The notes under the pieces: generated by a model
What the model saw: the letters and a program-made list of their open reading frames with translations, nothing else
What the model was told of the DNA's origin: nothing
The model's database searches: none
Source of the DNA: Trichosphaerium sp. ATCC 40318
Taxonomy: Eukaryota; Protista; Tubulinea
Reading direction: 5' to 3'
NCBI GenBank assembly: GCA_038496445.1
Contig: JALMLS010000487.1
Span: 186,001 to 250,000, forward strand
DNA: 64,000 bases
In this document: positions 26,034 through 39,754 of the stretch, one piece after another
Numbering within the stretch: position 1 is the stretch's first letter
Layout: each line of letters begins with the position of its first letter
Made by a program: the position numbers and the translations under genes

Positions 26034-27000
26034 TCAACCGCCTGTACAAACTTTGGTGCAACTGGTTCCTCTACATGTTGTCGTACATGTTTTAGTTGTC
26101 CCAAAGGAAAAAGTAGCTCCTCCACCTACAAAGATTGTGAGCTTTATTATTCTCGTTTAAAAATGGACATAACGACAACCAACCGGCTGTTAGACAGCTA
26201 AATGCGCTCAAGCAAACAGAAAAATCGCGCGTAAAAATACAGTAAGCGCGTAAAAGGTGCTATAAATTGTTGGAAAAGTAGTACTCTACAAAATCGTGTA
26301 CATACCTCGTCTACCGCTTCCACCAGTAGCAAACATGTTTGCAAAGGTTGCTCCACCAGCTTTACGCTTTCTACCGCCAGCGTTACCAAAAGAGCCTCCG
26401 CCGAACATAGTTTTAAACATTTCATCAATATCCTTCATGTTACTGCCACCACCAAAGCCGCCGAAGCCACCAAAACCTCCACGACGCGCTGCACTACCAT
26501 TTGAATCATCACCGTACAAATCGTACTTTCTTCGCTTCTTTTCATCACTCAATACACTGTACGCTTAGTAATGCGTTAGTTTGACTGTTTTGCTTCAAAA
26601 TAAAATTCTCATGAACTGATTTTTGTTATTGTTGTGCACATGAAAATTTGTAGTGCAATGGTGGCGAAATATACTCACCTTCTGTTAATTGCGTGTACTT
26701 CTTGTGAAATTTCTCTTTCTCTTCGTCATTCTTCGCTTTGTCAGGGTGCCATTTGACACTCAACTTCCTGAATGCCTTTTTGGCGGTTAATAGTGAGGTT
26801 GGGTTTTTTGTATTGTTACCTTTTGTATTTGGCGTTTTGATGCATCTCGTTGCACGCCAAGCGTCTAGTAATTGTTAAAAAGGACTATCTGGGTGTTAAC
26901 TTACTTTGTAATGATCACCAGCGATTGTTTCATGTATTAAACAAGCTACAATTATAGCTGAGAGGACTAATTTGGCTGCGGCAGGCTTTCGTTGGCACAT
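26034..27000 (-). CDS. ER-lumenal type II DnaJ (ERdj4/DNAJB9-like)
   Basis: Signal peptide, DHYKTLGV...AFRKLSVKWHPDK, AYSVLSDEKKRRKYD, G/F-rich region, Cys-containing tail. Confidence 0.85.
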
Positions 27001-27345
27001 TGACACGTCACAACTACAATTTTTCTCATTACTTAACTACGCTTTTAATTAAGCGAACAGCCTTTGCACAACATTAATTTCGACGGTTTTTGGAGAAGAA
27101 AAGGCAGTGTGGTTGTTACTTATTACGCAACTCTTCTGAATAGCAAACATATCATAAAAACTGTAAAATGTTTGTCACTTTTTGCAGTTCTGTGCTATAG
27201 TGCAAATGTCATAAATGCTTCTTTTGGTTACATTCTGTTAAAGCGTAATTCTTAGATATCTCTTGGTCCTCCTACGAATGAGGTTTGAGCGTCAAAAACC
27301 GCACGTGATTATTTTTAACTTTTAACCAAAAATACAACAACGCAA

Positions 27346-28451
27346 ATGTCTAGACGTAAATCCGAACCGCAAAAGCCAGAGTTATATGCTACAAAAGAAG
27401 AGCTAAAACAATTACATGCAGAGGTCCATGAGATGAAAAGACACCAGAAACATATTATTAAGACTCTAAAGAACCAGTTTAAAGGTGTACGTTGGCTTCT
27501 TTCGCTGTTTTCAATTTTTACAGCACAACTTACGAATTGTTGGGCGTATCTGACGATATTTAGGACACTCTTGAATCTGCACTAGCATCACGCAACGCAG
27601 GGCTAATAAAGAACCTCGGTAAACTTGACGCTCTAGATCATGAGAGTATGAACAAGGCACTATCTTATGCTGTAAAGAGCGACGAAGGACTAAAGGATGT
27701 GGCATTCTTAAAGGCTATTATCAAGGTACATCCTTTTTCCTTTTTTTGTGAAACATACTTTTTTAACCGCCGTATCAGCTAATTATAGTTAACAATTGCG
27801 TATTAGGCAGGCGCTAACGCTAACATCAAACTTGAGAACCAAAAGACGCCATTGTTTTATGCTGCCGATAATTTCTTATTAGGCAGTGTCAACGCATTAC
27901 TGGAGAAAGGTACGTCACACTTTTGCTCACGTGACTGTTTTTTTGCCACATTGTGGTAAAATCGCAATAATCCAACCGTTTAACGCTTTATTTAGGCGCG
28001 GACTCTGACGTGGTAGATGATCAATGGTGTAACGCATTGCTGTCTTGTTTGACGGTTTATTGTAACAAACAAAAAGCTGGGGAGGAGCTGCCAAGTGAAG
28101 GTATTTTATTAATCATTCCTCAGTTGGCACGTGGTTTAATTTTTTGTTAATAGCTGCTGTTGTCGACGTAGTAAAGGCTTTATTGAAAGCTGAATGCTTT
28201 GTTGACTGTCAAAACACCCTAACAGAGGAAACACCACTTCATAAAGCAGTAGAGGTACGAAAGGCAAAACGTGCTTTTTTATTCTTTAACCGGTTTTTTT
28301 GTAGGCAAAGTTATGGGATGTGTGCAAAGTATTACTTTTGGAAGCAAAAGCTGATGCAGAAATCAAATGTAAGGGTGTTAAGGTATCTGAACTAGCAAGA
28401 GACATTCCAGATCTTGGATTCTTGATTGAGGATAGCCTTAAGACAGAATAA
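27346..28451 (+). CDS. Small coiled-coil + ankyrin repeat protein
   Basis: GANANIKLENQKTPLFYAA, ETPLHKAVE; in-frame GT-AG splicing to TAA at 28449-28451. Confidence 0.75.
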
Positions 28452-28950
28452 ACACGCGAAAAACACTATTTTTTGTAATTGGTCAACAATTGTAATGCTA
28501 GATACAGTCGAAAATGAGCTACTGAAATACCAGTTAGATTTTTAGATTTGTTTCAAACCTGTTCACAGGTGATGGTATCGCTTGACCATTTATGCGAAAC
28601 TTTGTTTTTTTGCAACTTTTTTTTTAACTATTCTTTGCCATGTTCATACGTTTTTGTGGGTTACCTGAAAAGAAAAAAAGCAGTACTTGAATGCAATGTA
28701 GTAAAAGCTACTGTTCCAAACCATAACTTTGATAGTCTCCACATACGGCAAACTACAACGTGTTGTTTTGCGGTTAGGCAAGCACTACATTTTGTAAACC
28801 GGTATTATACATTTAAGTTGTCTGCACGTGCGTATATCTGACAGACGGATAGGTAAAAATGGTTAGTAGAGTTTGTTCATTTTTAAGATATGTACCAATC
28901 CTCAATGTGAACGCAAGTCACCAACAAAATTGTACTTCCTTAAAAGCAAC

Positions 28951-31900
28951 ATGTCCCTTTTTCAGATATACTTTGTAGCCACTGTATTCTTTATTGTGGC
29001 TTCCACTGTTTCCACTAGCCCTGGGCTACTGCGCATCCACTCGAAAACTTTTATCTTAGGGGAAACTGAAACAAGCCGCAAACGGTCCATCCACTCAGGG
29101 TTAGCACCAACAACTTATATTTTAGCCGGATTTGTTTATTTTTAAACTCCACCATTATTTACTTATTTTTTTAGTGCTTCATTTCATGTCTATGGTATTC
29201 GCACACATGGTACTAGTCCTACAGGAGGTATTGAGTTTGTATTGAGACGTCATTCATCCCAGCCGCGCGGTACTTTTGTGAACCTTCATTTTCCGAAAAT
29301 ACCTATTCTACCCTTGCTCACTGATTTATCTTCCAGTTTACGTAAAAGGCGTTGAAGTAAACTCAATGGAATCTCACGCAACTGTGTTCACAGGTCATGT
29401 CAAAAATGATCCAAATAGTATTGTGGTAAGTGAGTGAGGCTTTGTTCTTTTTTTTGTAGCTTTGAAATATTATGTTGTGTTCGTTTTTTCTTCTTCACTA
29501 ACTATTCAATAAACGCTTTTGTAGGTCTTGACATTAAAAGACAATGACCTTTTCAAAGGGATGGTACATTGGTCAAACGGTGAACACAATCACGTCAAAT
29601 TTAACGATATTCTTGAATTGGGTGAGTTGCGAGGAAATGAACTAGATACAGCTGTTGATCTGTCTTGCTCTACTGAGAGTCATATTGGTTCTAATAGCTC
29701 TTCACCGGATGAACATCGCTTTAATCCTCATGGAAAGCGCTCTGTACAAAGCAATGGGTTATCACAAACGAACGGAAAGACATACACAATTAAAGTAGCC
29801 ATAGAAACAAACAGCTATTACACAAGTCAATTTAGCTCAACAAGTGAAGCACGTGATTACATGATGACCGTCATAGGAGTTGTACGTTATTTTGAACCAG
29901 AAGCAATTTTTTACTTTATTTTTTTGAAATCACGTGACACTATACATCGCTCAAAATGGATTCAATTCATAAAAGCGTTCCATTTTTTCAAGTTCGTTCT
30001 GAGCGCTAATTGTTGTTCAGGTTTCTGCAATGTATGAAAGAGATTTCAATACCAAACTTTCTGTCGTTCAACTTGGTTTAAACTCTGCTGGTGGCGGAGG
30101 CGCAAGCGCAATGAAAAATTACGCTGAAAATGAGTATCCGAGTTTGGATTTTAATGTTGGCGTTGCTCTGCGAGGCGGAAGAGGAGGCGGATACGCTCAA
30201 CGTGTTGGTATGATCAACATTAATTTCTCAATCTAAGATCGTTACAGGCGGTCTCTGTGATGAGTACAAGTTTTGTGAAGCTGGAGTGTCAGGAACTTAT
30301 GGAACTGATGAGTTTGATGCCATTCACGATCCTTACATTATTGCTCATGAAGTACGTAGAAGATTTAAACTTGGCATAGTTTCGCAGTTGTTTTAATCAC
30401 TTTGAGCAATCAGATAGGTCACTTACTAGGGTCAGAGCATACACACGATACTAAACAATATTCTCCTGTTATCGATAGTTGCGGAAATGGAGGTCAAGTT
30501 CCTCCAGATGCTGGTATGTTAATACATGGAAACCTTCATACAATACAGAAACGACATTTTAGGGGTCTGCATGAGCTACTGCGTTACTGCTCAAAGCTCT
30601 CTAAATAAATCGCCTTGTTGGTCATACTGTCAACTAGCGTTAGTGATGGGAGAAGTAGGAAAACATGGATACAAGTAATATCAGCTACACCTTTCAACTT
30701 GTTTATTTTACTGTCAAGGAGCGAACGCATCAATCAAGTAATCAGAGCTCACATAGAAGATTCAGAAACCTGTGCTAAGTTATCGTTCACAACAGGAAGT
30801 GTATGTACTACTTGTTTTATTGCTATGTTAATGCTCCCTAGTCTACCCCGCCACCCACACCATCTCCAACGCCTGAGCCAGTAGCTACTGAACCACCAAC
30901 TGTAAAGTCTGATGATCCTTCAACCACTCCTACGCCATCAACTACCTCATCTCCAACTGCATCACCTACACCTGTAATACAACTATTGTATTTGTGAACG
31001 GAACTGACACTTATTTAGATACCTCCTCATGTTCTCTATGATCAACGAGGTAGTTGTACAACAGATCAATTTCCAGCACAATATTTTCCTGATAACAAAG
31101 GAGCTGGTGAGGCCGCTGACGACTTTAGAGTACCAGACGGCAAGTTGTGTTTTCTGATTATTTTCAACACTAATACATACATAGGTATCAAATGGAGGAT
31201 CAAGATTGTTACAATTGAGGGTAAATGGGAGCCTCAAAACACCAACATTGATATAGACAGTGTGTCAGTGATTATATACAAGAATAAAAATGGTGAAGAA
31301 ATAAAGCCTTTTAGCTGATATCTGACAATGACGTACTCATACAATCGATTAGGTTCACCAGGGGATGTCGCTTGTAAAGAAGAAGATGCTCAAATTCTAG
31401 CTCCAGAAACTAGCGATGAAATGACACTTTTCTTACCAAAAGATGATTGCGTACTAAACTCAGGCACGATTTCTTCCTAGTATTGACTCTTTATGTGATT
31501 TCAAGATAAAGCGTTTTAAACCCACAGGAGCACTTTAAGTAATATTTTATTCAAGGACGCTATTGGCTACAAGTTCTTCCTTATGTTCCGTTTGGAGATA
31601 ACATGAACCAGTTCTATTGGAGAGAAAGTTCAAGCAGCAATGGAAATAAGTTTCATTGGAGAGACACTGAGGATATATTTGTGAAAAAATTAAATCCTTG
31701 TCTGACATGGTCAGAAGCTCAAACTTGTTATTACTCACCGGGACCAGATCTATGCTTTTCTCTCTTTGGTACGAACTTAAACACGAATTCCTTTTTTTTT
31801 CTTACCATTGTTTACTTTTGTGTTTTCTCACGTTTTCAAGGTGTTACTTCTGAAGATACTGTATTGAGACCGTCAGAATCTACATCCTCTCATATAGGTA

Positions 31901-31989
31901 AATTTAGGTAACTATTTGATTTTTAGCTTACGTTGTTTATAGGAAGTCTGGGAAGCGTATTTTTTGCGGCTCTATTAATGCTACTTTAA
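28951..31989 (+). CDS. Secreted, probably GPI-anchored reprolysin-like (M12B) zinc metalloprotease
   Basis: Signal peptide, prodomain, IAHEIGHLLGSEH (HExxHxxGxxH), Met-turn AMSYC, P/T-rich linker, hydrophobic C-terminus GSVFFAALLMLL. Confidence 0.85.
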
Positions 31990-32490
31990 ATCATGTAAAT
32001 CTACAGCGATCGAAATTCAAAAATAAAAAAGAGGTTTGCCAGACTAACAAGTTTTCATTGTGGATAGTTGTCTACTAATTTTGGTTTGCGGTTTTATGGA
32101 AAAGTCGAAATGACGTAAGTTTTTTCGGATTGAGTCGTTCTTACAATTACACAATGTCAACTACTTGTAAGGAAAATATTTTATTTGTCTTTTTAATGCA
32201 ATATAGTGACGAAATGCCTGAAAATTGTCCATCACTTTTTTCAAAGTTCGGTCTTCTAGTTTTTTGTTCAAAAGACCGAAGTCATTCTTGTTTGTCTATT
32301 TACATAATTAACTTAGATTTGAATAAACAGCAATTACAACCTTAGACTTGATTGGTGCTGTTGGGTGTAGCTAGTGGTTTTGTTGTTCAGCGAACATTTG
32401 GCAAAATTTTCAGTTTTCCACAAGTACGATTGTCTAGAAATTACACTTACTGCGCTTCAAGGGTAGTTTCACTTGATTTGTTCAGACAAC

Positions 32491-34578
32491 ATGGACGTAT
32501 GCACAGGGAATGATCTTCCAATTGAGCTGTTGTACCTTATATTTGGTTGCAATGGTCCAATTGGCCTGGAAACTCTGTACAATCTATCATTAGTGTGCCA
32601 AGAATGGCGTATGCTTGTATCGGATTCATAGTACGTTTTTACTGTTACACCTGCCTTTCCTACACGTAAAACGCTTCAAAAAACCCTTAACAGCGTATAC
32701 CATTGTTATTTACAATTTTTGCCATTAAACCTTCTAAAATAGGTTTTATGGTATTTATTCACTTCAATTTGGTCTGTTTCTAACGTGTAATAGCTTTCTT
32801 AATCAACATTTTACTTTATCAGAAGAATCGGCTGGTTTTGTTATTCAGTTTGCCAAAATTGTTGGTGAGAGTCTAGACAACTTAGATATTACAGATTGCA
32901 GGTAGGAACCTTTAATTTTAGATACAAATTTGTTGGTTTACCATCACATTTAGATTTTTATCGGATGCTCAGCTGGATACTGTACACGTTTTTTTTTTTT
33001 GGTTTCTTTTTTTCTTACTTTTTTTACCAGGTTTTCGATGCTTGTCCAAACCTTGTCAGTGTGAATCTGACTGGATGTACATCCATCAATTGCTTGAGTG
33101 CATTCACTTCGCTATGTACACGCTGTACTGCTGTGGAAGTACGTCATAACAAAAGAAATACAATACAGTTCTTACCTCTATCTAGAAATTAACACTCTGC
33201 AACCTTAAGTTCACAGGGATAACATTGAACAAGCTGCTCAAAAACTACACAAACTTGAGGTATCTGAAGTACGTATAACTGTATACAATATATCAGATTA
33301 ACCAATGCGTTAAGTATCTCCGGATGGCAAAAATCGCCTGGCAAAAAAGCTTTCAGAGGTACATTGTTGTAATGCCAAGTACCTTTCGTTAGGTTTACTC
33401 TTTACTGTAGGTGTATCCCTTCCTAAGTTGAACACTTTCATAGCTTTAGACATGCCATATGAGTCCGCTATACCCTTTACATCAAAACTCACGCCCTCGC
33501 TCACAAAGCTTCACTTGAATAGTGATCAAGGCTACAAACCTAAAATACTTGAAGAACTGACAAACATCACTGATTTTGCACTAAAGTACAAATTGCATTC
33601 CAACTTTTTTTCGAAACCAAGCCATGTAGAATCATAAATTATTGACTTATAATGTTAGGAAGCTACCTAAGCTGTCGGGAGAGCACTTTGTACATATGAT
33701 AGAACACATGAAAAACGTGACAACATTGGATATTTCACTTGGAGCATTTTCTTCTCTTTCCTCCCAAAAAGAAAAAGAGACTTGGAAGAATTTTGCTCCA
33801 CAACTCAAAACGTTTACATTACGTGGTATTTCTTACAACAGAGGGGCTTATTATTCAGCTTTTTTTGTTTATGCAAATGACGAACAAACTCTTTTTAATC
33901 CTATCAAACATGCAATCAATGTTGAAGAGCTGGTTATTGAGTATATCAAACTACAAGATAGTGAATGGCTTGGTAATCTTATCGAAGGGTTAACCAAATT
34001 AAAGGTAGCGCAATCCATCAAAAATAATCTTCATATACTATGAACTATCTTTATCCTTGGAAATACATCTTTGGTAACCAAGCTTCAGAGAAGCATGACC
34101 TTAGTTTTCAGTTTGATGTTTTGACGCTCTAATAATAATTTAGGTTTTTACCATAAGTAAACTATACTGTGATAGGAGTTATACTGAAGCTTCTCAAGAT
34201 TATACCTTTAATGCGAAAGGATTAGAGTCATTAACAGTTGAAGGATTTTTTGTTGAAAAGGAAAAAACTGTTACAGATTTTCTTAGAATGTTAGCATTAT
34301 CAACGGGAAATCTAACTGATTTAAAATTGGGTAGCACGTTTATTGCAAATAATAGATACGGTATAAAACGTAGATTGTTTCTTCCTTTGGTATGTACATT
34401 GTCAAAACGACAAAACCTAAATCTTATTAATTTTATGCACTAGGATGATGAGAGTTTTTGCACTTTTCCTGTTAATAACACTCAGTTAAAAAGAGTAGTA
34501 TTGGCTTCTAACAATATAAATGAGAGTATAATGGAATCTGTAAACGCATACAGACTTAATCTAGTAGTTCCAAAGTAA
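32491..34578 (+). CDS. F-box / LRR (RNI-like) protein
   Basis: DLPIELLYLIF...LSLVCQEWR F-box followed by CPNLVSVNLTGC-type LRRs. Confidence 0.75.
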
Positions 34579-35097
34579 GAAATAAACAAACATATTTCAA
34601 AAAAAAAACCACAGATGTATCATGTTATGCTTTGTGTATATTTCGTACTACTTGGTTAATTCACTAACAATAAAGTCTACAACTTACCATCACATCTTCT
34701 TTGTTAGACATCCAATAATGGTCTTTACTAACAAAGTAAGCAACAAAAGAAATGAGGAATCTACTGTAAATAGTATGTCTGTAAACCACACTGCCAAATC
34801 TCAATCACGAGAAAGTTTTCTAAAGCTGTTAGGATACTGTGTACGGCTACAAGGTGAAGTGCAGTGAGGATGAACCAAAAACATGGTTTAGATATTTATG
34901 TAGAGATATGTGTTACTAACACCCAGTTATATTGTTGTAAATCTAAATGTTCCGCACCAGCCGTGATTCGTGCAATAAATACAAAAAACCAAACACTGAG
35001 CTAAATTAAACTGTCCGAATGTGAAAATTATTACCTTCCATGGAAGCCTATTCGAGGTTTGTTCAATTTGAGTACATGGATTTATCACGTTTATTGT

Positions 35098-36353
35098 TTA
35101 CAACTGAACTTTGAATTTTTTCTCGGGGTTTTGAGATCTACGAGTTTCTCTTCCAATTGCTGAGATAAACAGTCTCTGTTGTTCACCTCTTGGAAAAGCG
35201 ATGTCAACTGAGTTTACAGTATTTGCGGTTGCGGGTAGCGCAATGTAGCCTCGATCTTCATCATCCATAGTATAAGTTTCTACATTGAATGTTCTAAACG
35301 TTCCATCGTCACAGAGAATACCCACGTGATTTTGGGAAAGTGTTGTTAAATCTGCATGTAGAGAAATAATTAATAGCAATTCGAGTATTAGAAACTAACC
35401 TTTTGCAGTACAAGATAGAGCGACACTCATCACTTCATCACAAGGATCGGTACTTGGGTTATTTGGAAGCTCATAGAAGTATATATTTTCACTTGAAGCT
35501 GAAGGAAGAATAGCAAACAGATCATCTGTGATAATTGCGACTGTAGCATTAAGTAGTTAATCAGTTATTTTGAACACAATGTACATGATGATGAGTGTTT
35601 TCTCACGTGAAAGTATTAAATGAAATAAGGTTTCATGATTTTTATGTAAATACAAAAATAAACGTACTAGATCCTGCAGATGCAAAAGGTACATTACACA
35701 ACGGTGTTTGGGTACAACCGGGTGCTACTAGTGCTAGTACAATATCACTTGTCATTGTACCATGAACTGTAAAGAACAGGTTTCTAAAGTAATGTTTTTA
35801 GGTGCAAGAAAGAAAAGCGTCAAATACGTTGTAGTTACCTTTCACCTGCAAAATCTATGCCACCTACATTACCTGAAGCTGTGCATATTGCAGCCTATTC
35901 TTTCTTTAGAATACAGCTTCACCTACTAGTAATACATACAAAAAAGGGAGGTGGTGGTTCAAAAAAAAACCAGCGTAAAATTGAAGGAGAGCCATTTGTA
36001 TAGTATAGACTGTCATCTAGCGGTTCATGCCTATATTTCTGTTAAGCACCAACGAAAAATAAAAGAAGATTTGTAAATTAGCTTGTACGCTGCTATGGAC
36101 GTTATTGTAAGCGTATCCCTCGCGGCTACAATACGAATTAAAATAAATACTGAAAAAAAAAGCTCAAACGGCGTTTTAATTCAGAGCACGTGACGCCAAT
36201 CGTTTTATTTGCAGTAATCGTACTCTCGCTAGCGCCAATGTTATCATATGGTAAATACGTCATCCCAACGCCACCAGTGTAAAACTGAGCCTTTATATCA
36301 AGTGCGAGAAACGATAAAAAAATCAAAGCAGTAAATAGCGTAGTGCTAGACAT
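35098..36353 (-). CDS. Hypothetical secreted protein (multi-exon)
   Basis: N-terminal signal peptide and spliceable open exons; no family recognised; 3' end uncertain. Confidence 0.55.
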
Positions 36354-37042
36354 CTTTTTATTTTTATTTGCTATGCAAATTAAGTCATTGCACGGAAACG
36401 TTACAGCGCAAACAATGTTTGGGTTTTTTCCCGTCTGTTATTCTTCTCAGTCGCTCTTCAAAACCTAAGGCTGTATTTTGAAACCTATTGATTATTCCAA
36501 AGTTAGAGATTGCTCTCGAAATTCCACATTGTACTGCTATTGTGAGGTTTTCACAAAAACTCAAAAATTAAAATGGTCTAAAACCTCATTACATACATTA
36601 GCCAACATCGTGTTTAGAGGTATCATACCAACACCAACACCTCTATGGTGTATAATTCTGATTAATTACTGATTTGTAGAAATTTCATACTTTTTCACCC
36701 ACAACAAACCAAAGTTCCGTGTGCGCTTGATAAATGGCTGTCATTTATTTGAGTTACTAGAGATGCATAGTAGAAGTGTCACATTCTTTCACAGCATTGT
36801 CACATTTGTTAAATACTTCGTGGATACAATCTATTCATTTGTGGCTACCGCTCTATAATTTTAATACTTCGAAATTCTGTTTGCAAAGGCAAATTGTAGT
36901 TGTGTGCTGTGAAAACACTTTCTTCGTTGGATATCCAATGAGGAGTCAGCCGACTTCTTCGTAACTTCATTGTTCATACGGTGCATAAGGCCCAGTAGGA
37001 CATGATAACACCATTTGGGGCACGCTACGCTACCACCTCTTT

Positions 37043-37487
37043 TTGTTTCATGTATCCTGTTACTCAACTAGTTTGCGAAACTGGAGAATAAACAATGAAG
37101 TAAGTATGGTCCTTGAATATACCATAGGAAAAGAGCTGTTGGCACCTACAATCACTAAAAACCCAATCTCCACGTACTTGAAAAAGCCAAAAGTTGCGTC
37201 CTTGTGGAACGCAGTTGGTAAAATATCTGAACAACAACGAAGGGCAAACAAAAACTACCTACAGCAAGAAAACTATTGTTGAGGAATCAAATATTACAAT
37301 TAAAGCACAGAAGCAAGCAGATGCAAAGCAACATGATATAATAACCAAACTTGAGAAGTATATTGTTGAATTGCAAGAAAAGAGCAAACCAGAAGAACAA
37401 AAGCAAGTCAATTCAACCCAGAGAAAAGGATTGCTGGAAGAGAATAGCACTATTAACCGAATCGCAAATCTTGAGAGCACAAATTAA
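37043..37487 (+). pseudogene. Relic of the 3' end of a paralog of the ankyrin-ART gene
   Basis: TYSKKTIVEESN..KQADAKQ..ITKLEK..NRIANLEST resembles TYTQQKKNIHVSN..RQANA..IVKLEQ..ARIAYLESN at 9601-9890; frames broken. Confidence 0.45.
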
Positions 37488-37637
37488 CACAGATAGCTAT
37501 CTGCTATACCTTAGTTAAACAAAGTAACCTTAAGATTCTTGCATCTTGAAAGAGAAGTAATTACAAGGCTACTATCTGACTTTTTATTGCTTTATTGTTG
37601 TATAGGCTAGCACTGAAGCCTTTATTTATTGAGATAC

Positions 37638-39252
37638 TCAAGAACGCAGAGTAACATGGAATAGTGGTTCAGTTATGTACTTGTTGACAGCACAAAAGTG
37701 TGTTGATTCATCGTTCGACACTTCTGTTTCATTCCACTTGAGCTTCCCAAAATAAGTAGCAAAGAGACGATAAAGGAACACCATTGCTATTTTCTTTCCT
37801 GGGCACGTGCGAGGACCTACGCTAAAAGGCGCAATATCGAACTTTTGTTCGTTCTTCCACCTCTCTGGTCTGAATACATGAGGATCACCAAAGCGTTCTT
37901 TAGAAGCAGTGATACATCCATGCAACGCAATAACTAGAGCCCCTTTAGGAATAAAATACCCACCGATTTCTCCATCCTCAGAGGCTTCGTGTTGGACATA
38001 CAATGGAGCAGTTGCGCGATATCTGAAGGTTTCTTGAATGACCCAAGTCAAATACTCGATGTTCTTCAGTTCGCCAATATCACATGTTGCTACATCGTGG
38101 CCCTTGAGTGCTTGATAGAGCTTCTCTTGAACATCTTGATGTTTAGCGAGCGCTGTTAAAGCTGTTTGCAGTGTCTGGGCTGCTGTATCAAAACCGCCTG
38201 TGAGTATCTCAGAAGTCATTGAGCTTGCTCTTATCTTGGGTTGAACTTGTTCAAGTATAACATCAACAATGTATTTGTCGTCTTGTTTTCTTGATTTAAA
38301 GATGTTGCTGATATGTAAATCACGCTTTTCACAGTTCTCTAAGTACTTCTTCTCTCGTTGCTTTTCAAGAAACGCTAGCGCTGGGATGTAGTCTCCAAGG
38401 AATGGCCTTGAAAATTCTCTCATAGCTTCGCTTTGCGTATGAAACAAGCTTCCAACATCGTTGTCTTTACCAAAGCCATTCTCACCGAACAAGAGCTGTG
38501 TGATTGAATCAAATGATACCGTGGATGTAATGCTTTCAGCTCCGATGGTCGATTTATTCTTAGCGTGCGTGACAAGGTCATTGTAACTCCGTTGTACTTG
38601 TTCAATATGAATATCCACTATCTTTTTCATGTTTTCTTTGTTCACAACGTGGTTACTCCAAACCAAGCGTGCCGCTTTATGATGTTCTTTATTTGCGAAT
38701 AAAGTACCACCAGTTGGATCTTTACCCCTAGAAATGCATTTAATTCAGTATGATGAAACTATCACTTGTTGAAAAAAGCCAGAAAAAATGCGGATTTTGA
38801 AGTGGCGTAAACCCGCGATTTTCTTTTTTGACTTTGTTTTACTGACAGTCAAAAAAACACGTGCTTTTTCTGTTTTTTTGTAGCTTTTGTCCAAAAAATC
38901 CAAAAAAATAAAGGTGTACACCGTACCATCCGTGTTTAACTGGAATAAGCGTTTTAGGTCTATTTGAGAACGTTTTAGATTTCTTAACAAAGGCTTCTTT
39001 AATTAGAGGTAGAGTGCATAAAAATACTGCCGTTCGCGTTCCCATATCCAAACTAAAGATACCATCGTATTTTTTTGCCATTGAAATAACCTGGTTGCTA
39101 AATTGCGCTGGATCTCCAAGTAAGTGAAGGTGACCGATTATTGGTAATGATAAAGGACCAGGAGGAAGGTTTCTAGTTTTTCTTGACCTGTTTTTTACCC
39201 ATGTTGCTGCAACAGCTACAAGTACAAGTGCGAGGATTATTTCAGCAATCAT
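37638..39252 (-). CDS. Cytochrome P450 (two exons)
   Basis: TM anchor + LPPGP..LPIIGHLH, I-helix GGFDTA, ETFR, FRPERW, heme motif FSVGPRTCPG. Confidence 0.95.
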
Positions 39253-39479
39253 AGGTTGCGAATAAGTGTTTTATAACGCGATACTGTGAACGGTGATTGT
39301 TTGATTTAGCCTAAAGCACATTCTTTGAAATCTTGTCATGGTACAACGCATCTTCTGTAAGGCTACGAAGGTTGGATACATGGAAACTACGCTATTTATT
39401 AAGCAACGTGTTCAGTACAGAGCATTACATCTTCAACTTAGTAAACAAGCGCTACTATAAGCCAAAATAAGTTTCACCA

Positions 39480-39620
39480 GCTATAATTGACTTGATCAAC
39501 ATTACAAATGAGGTTATAAAGGCATTACCTGGTGTGCATACGATTAGTTTGGCCAATCAAATACAATAAATGAGGGTATTAAGGTTCTTGTTTGAGTTCA
39601 TACGATTGAGCTTCAAAAGG
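39480..39620 (+). pseudogene. Degenerate fragment of the VHTINL/TDEGLKAL LRR family
   Basis: ATTACAAATGAGGTTATAAAGGCATTACCTGGTGTGCATACGATT resembles the repeat unit at 54200-55150. Confidence 0.5.
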
Positions 39621-39754
39621 TAAGGTTGAGACAAAAAAAAGGAACATAAAACAATATTAAATAAGTCTATTTACAACGTGACAACACTTGTTTGTGCGAG
39701 GGAATCATTTTTCAAAATCAATCAATTGAATAGTAGTTGATTATCCCAGTCTAT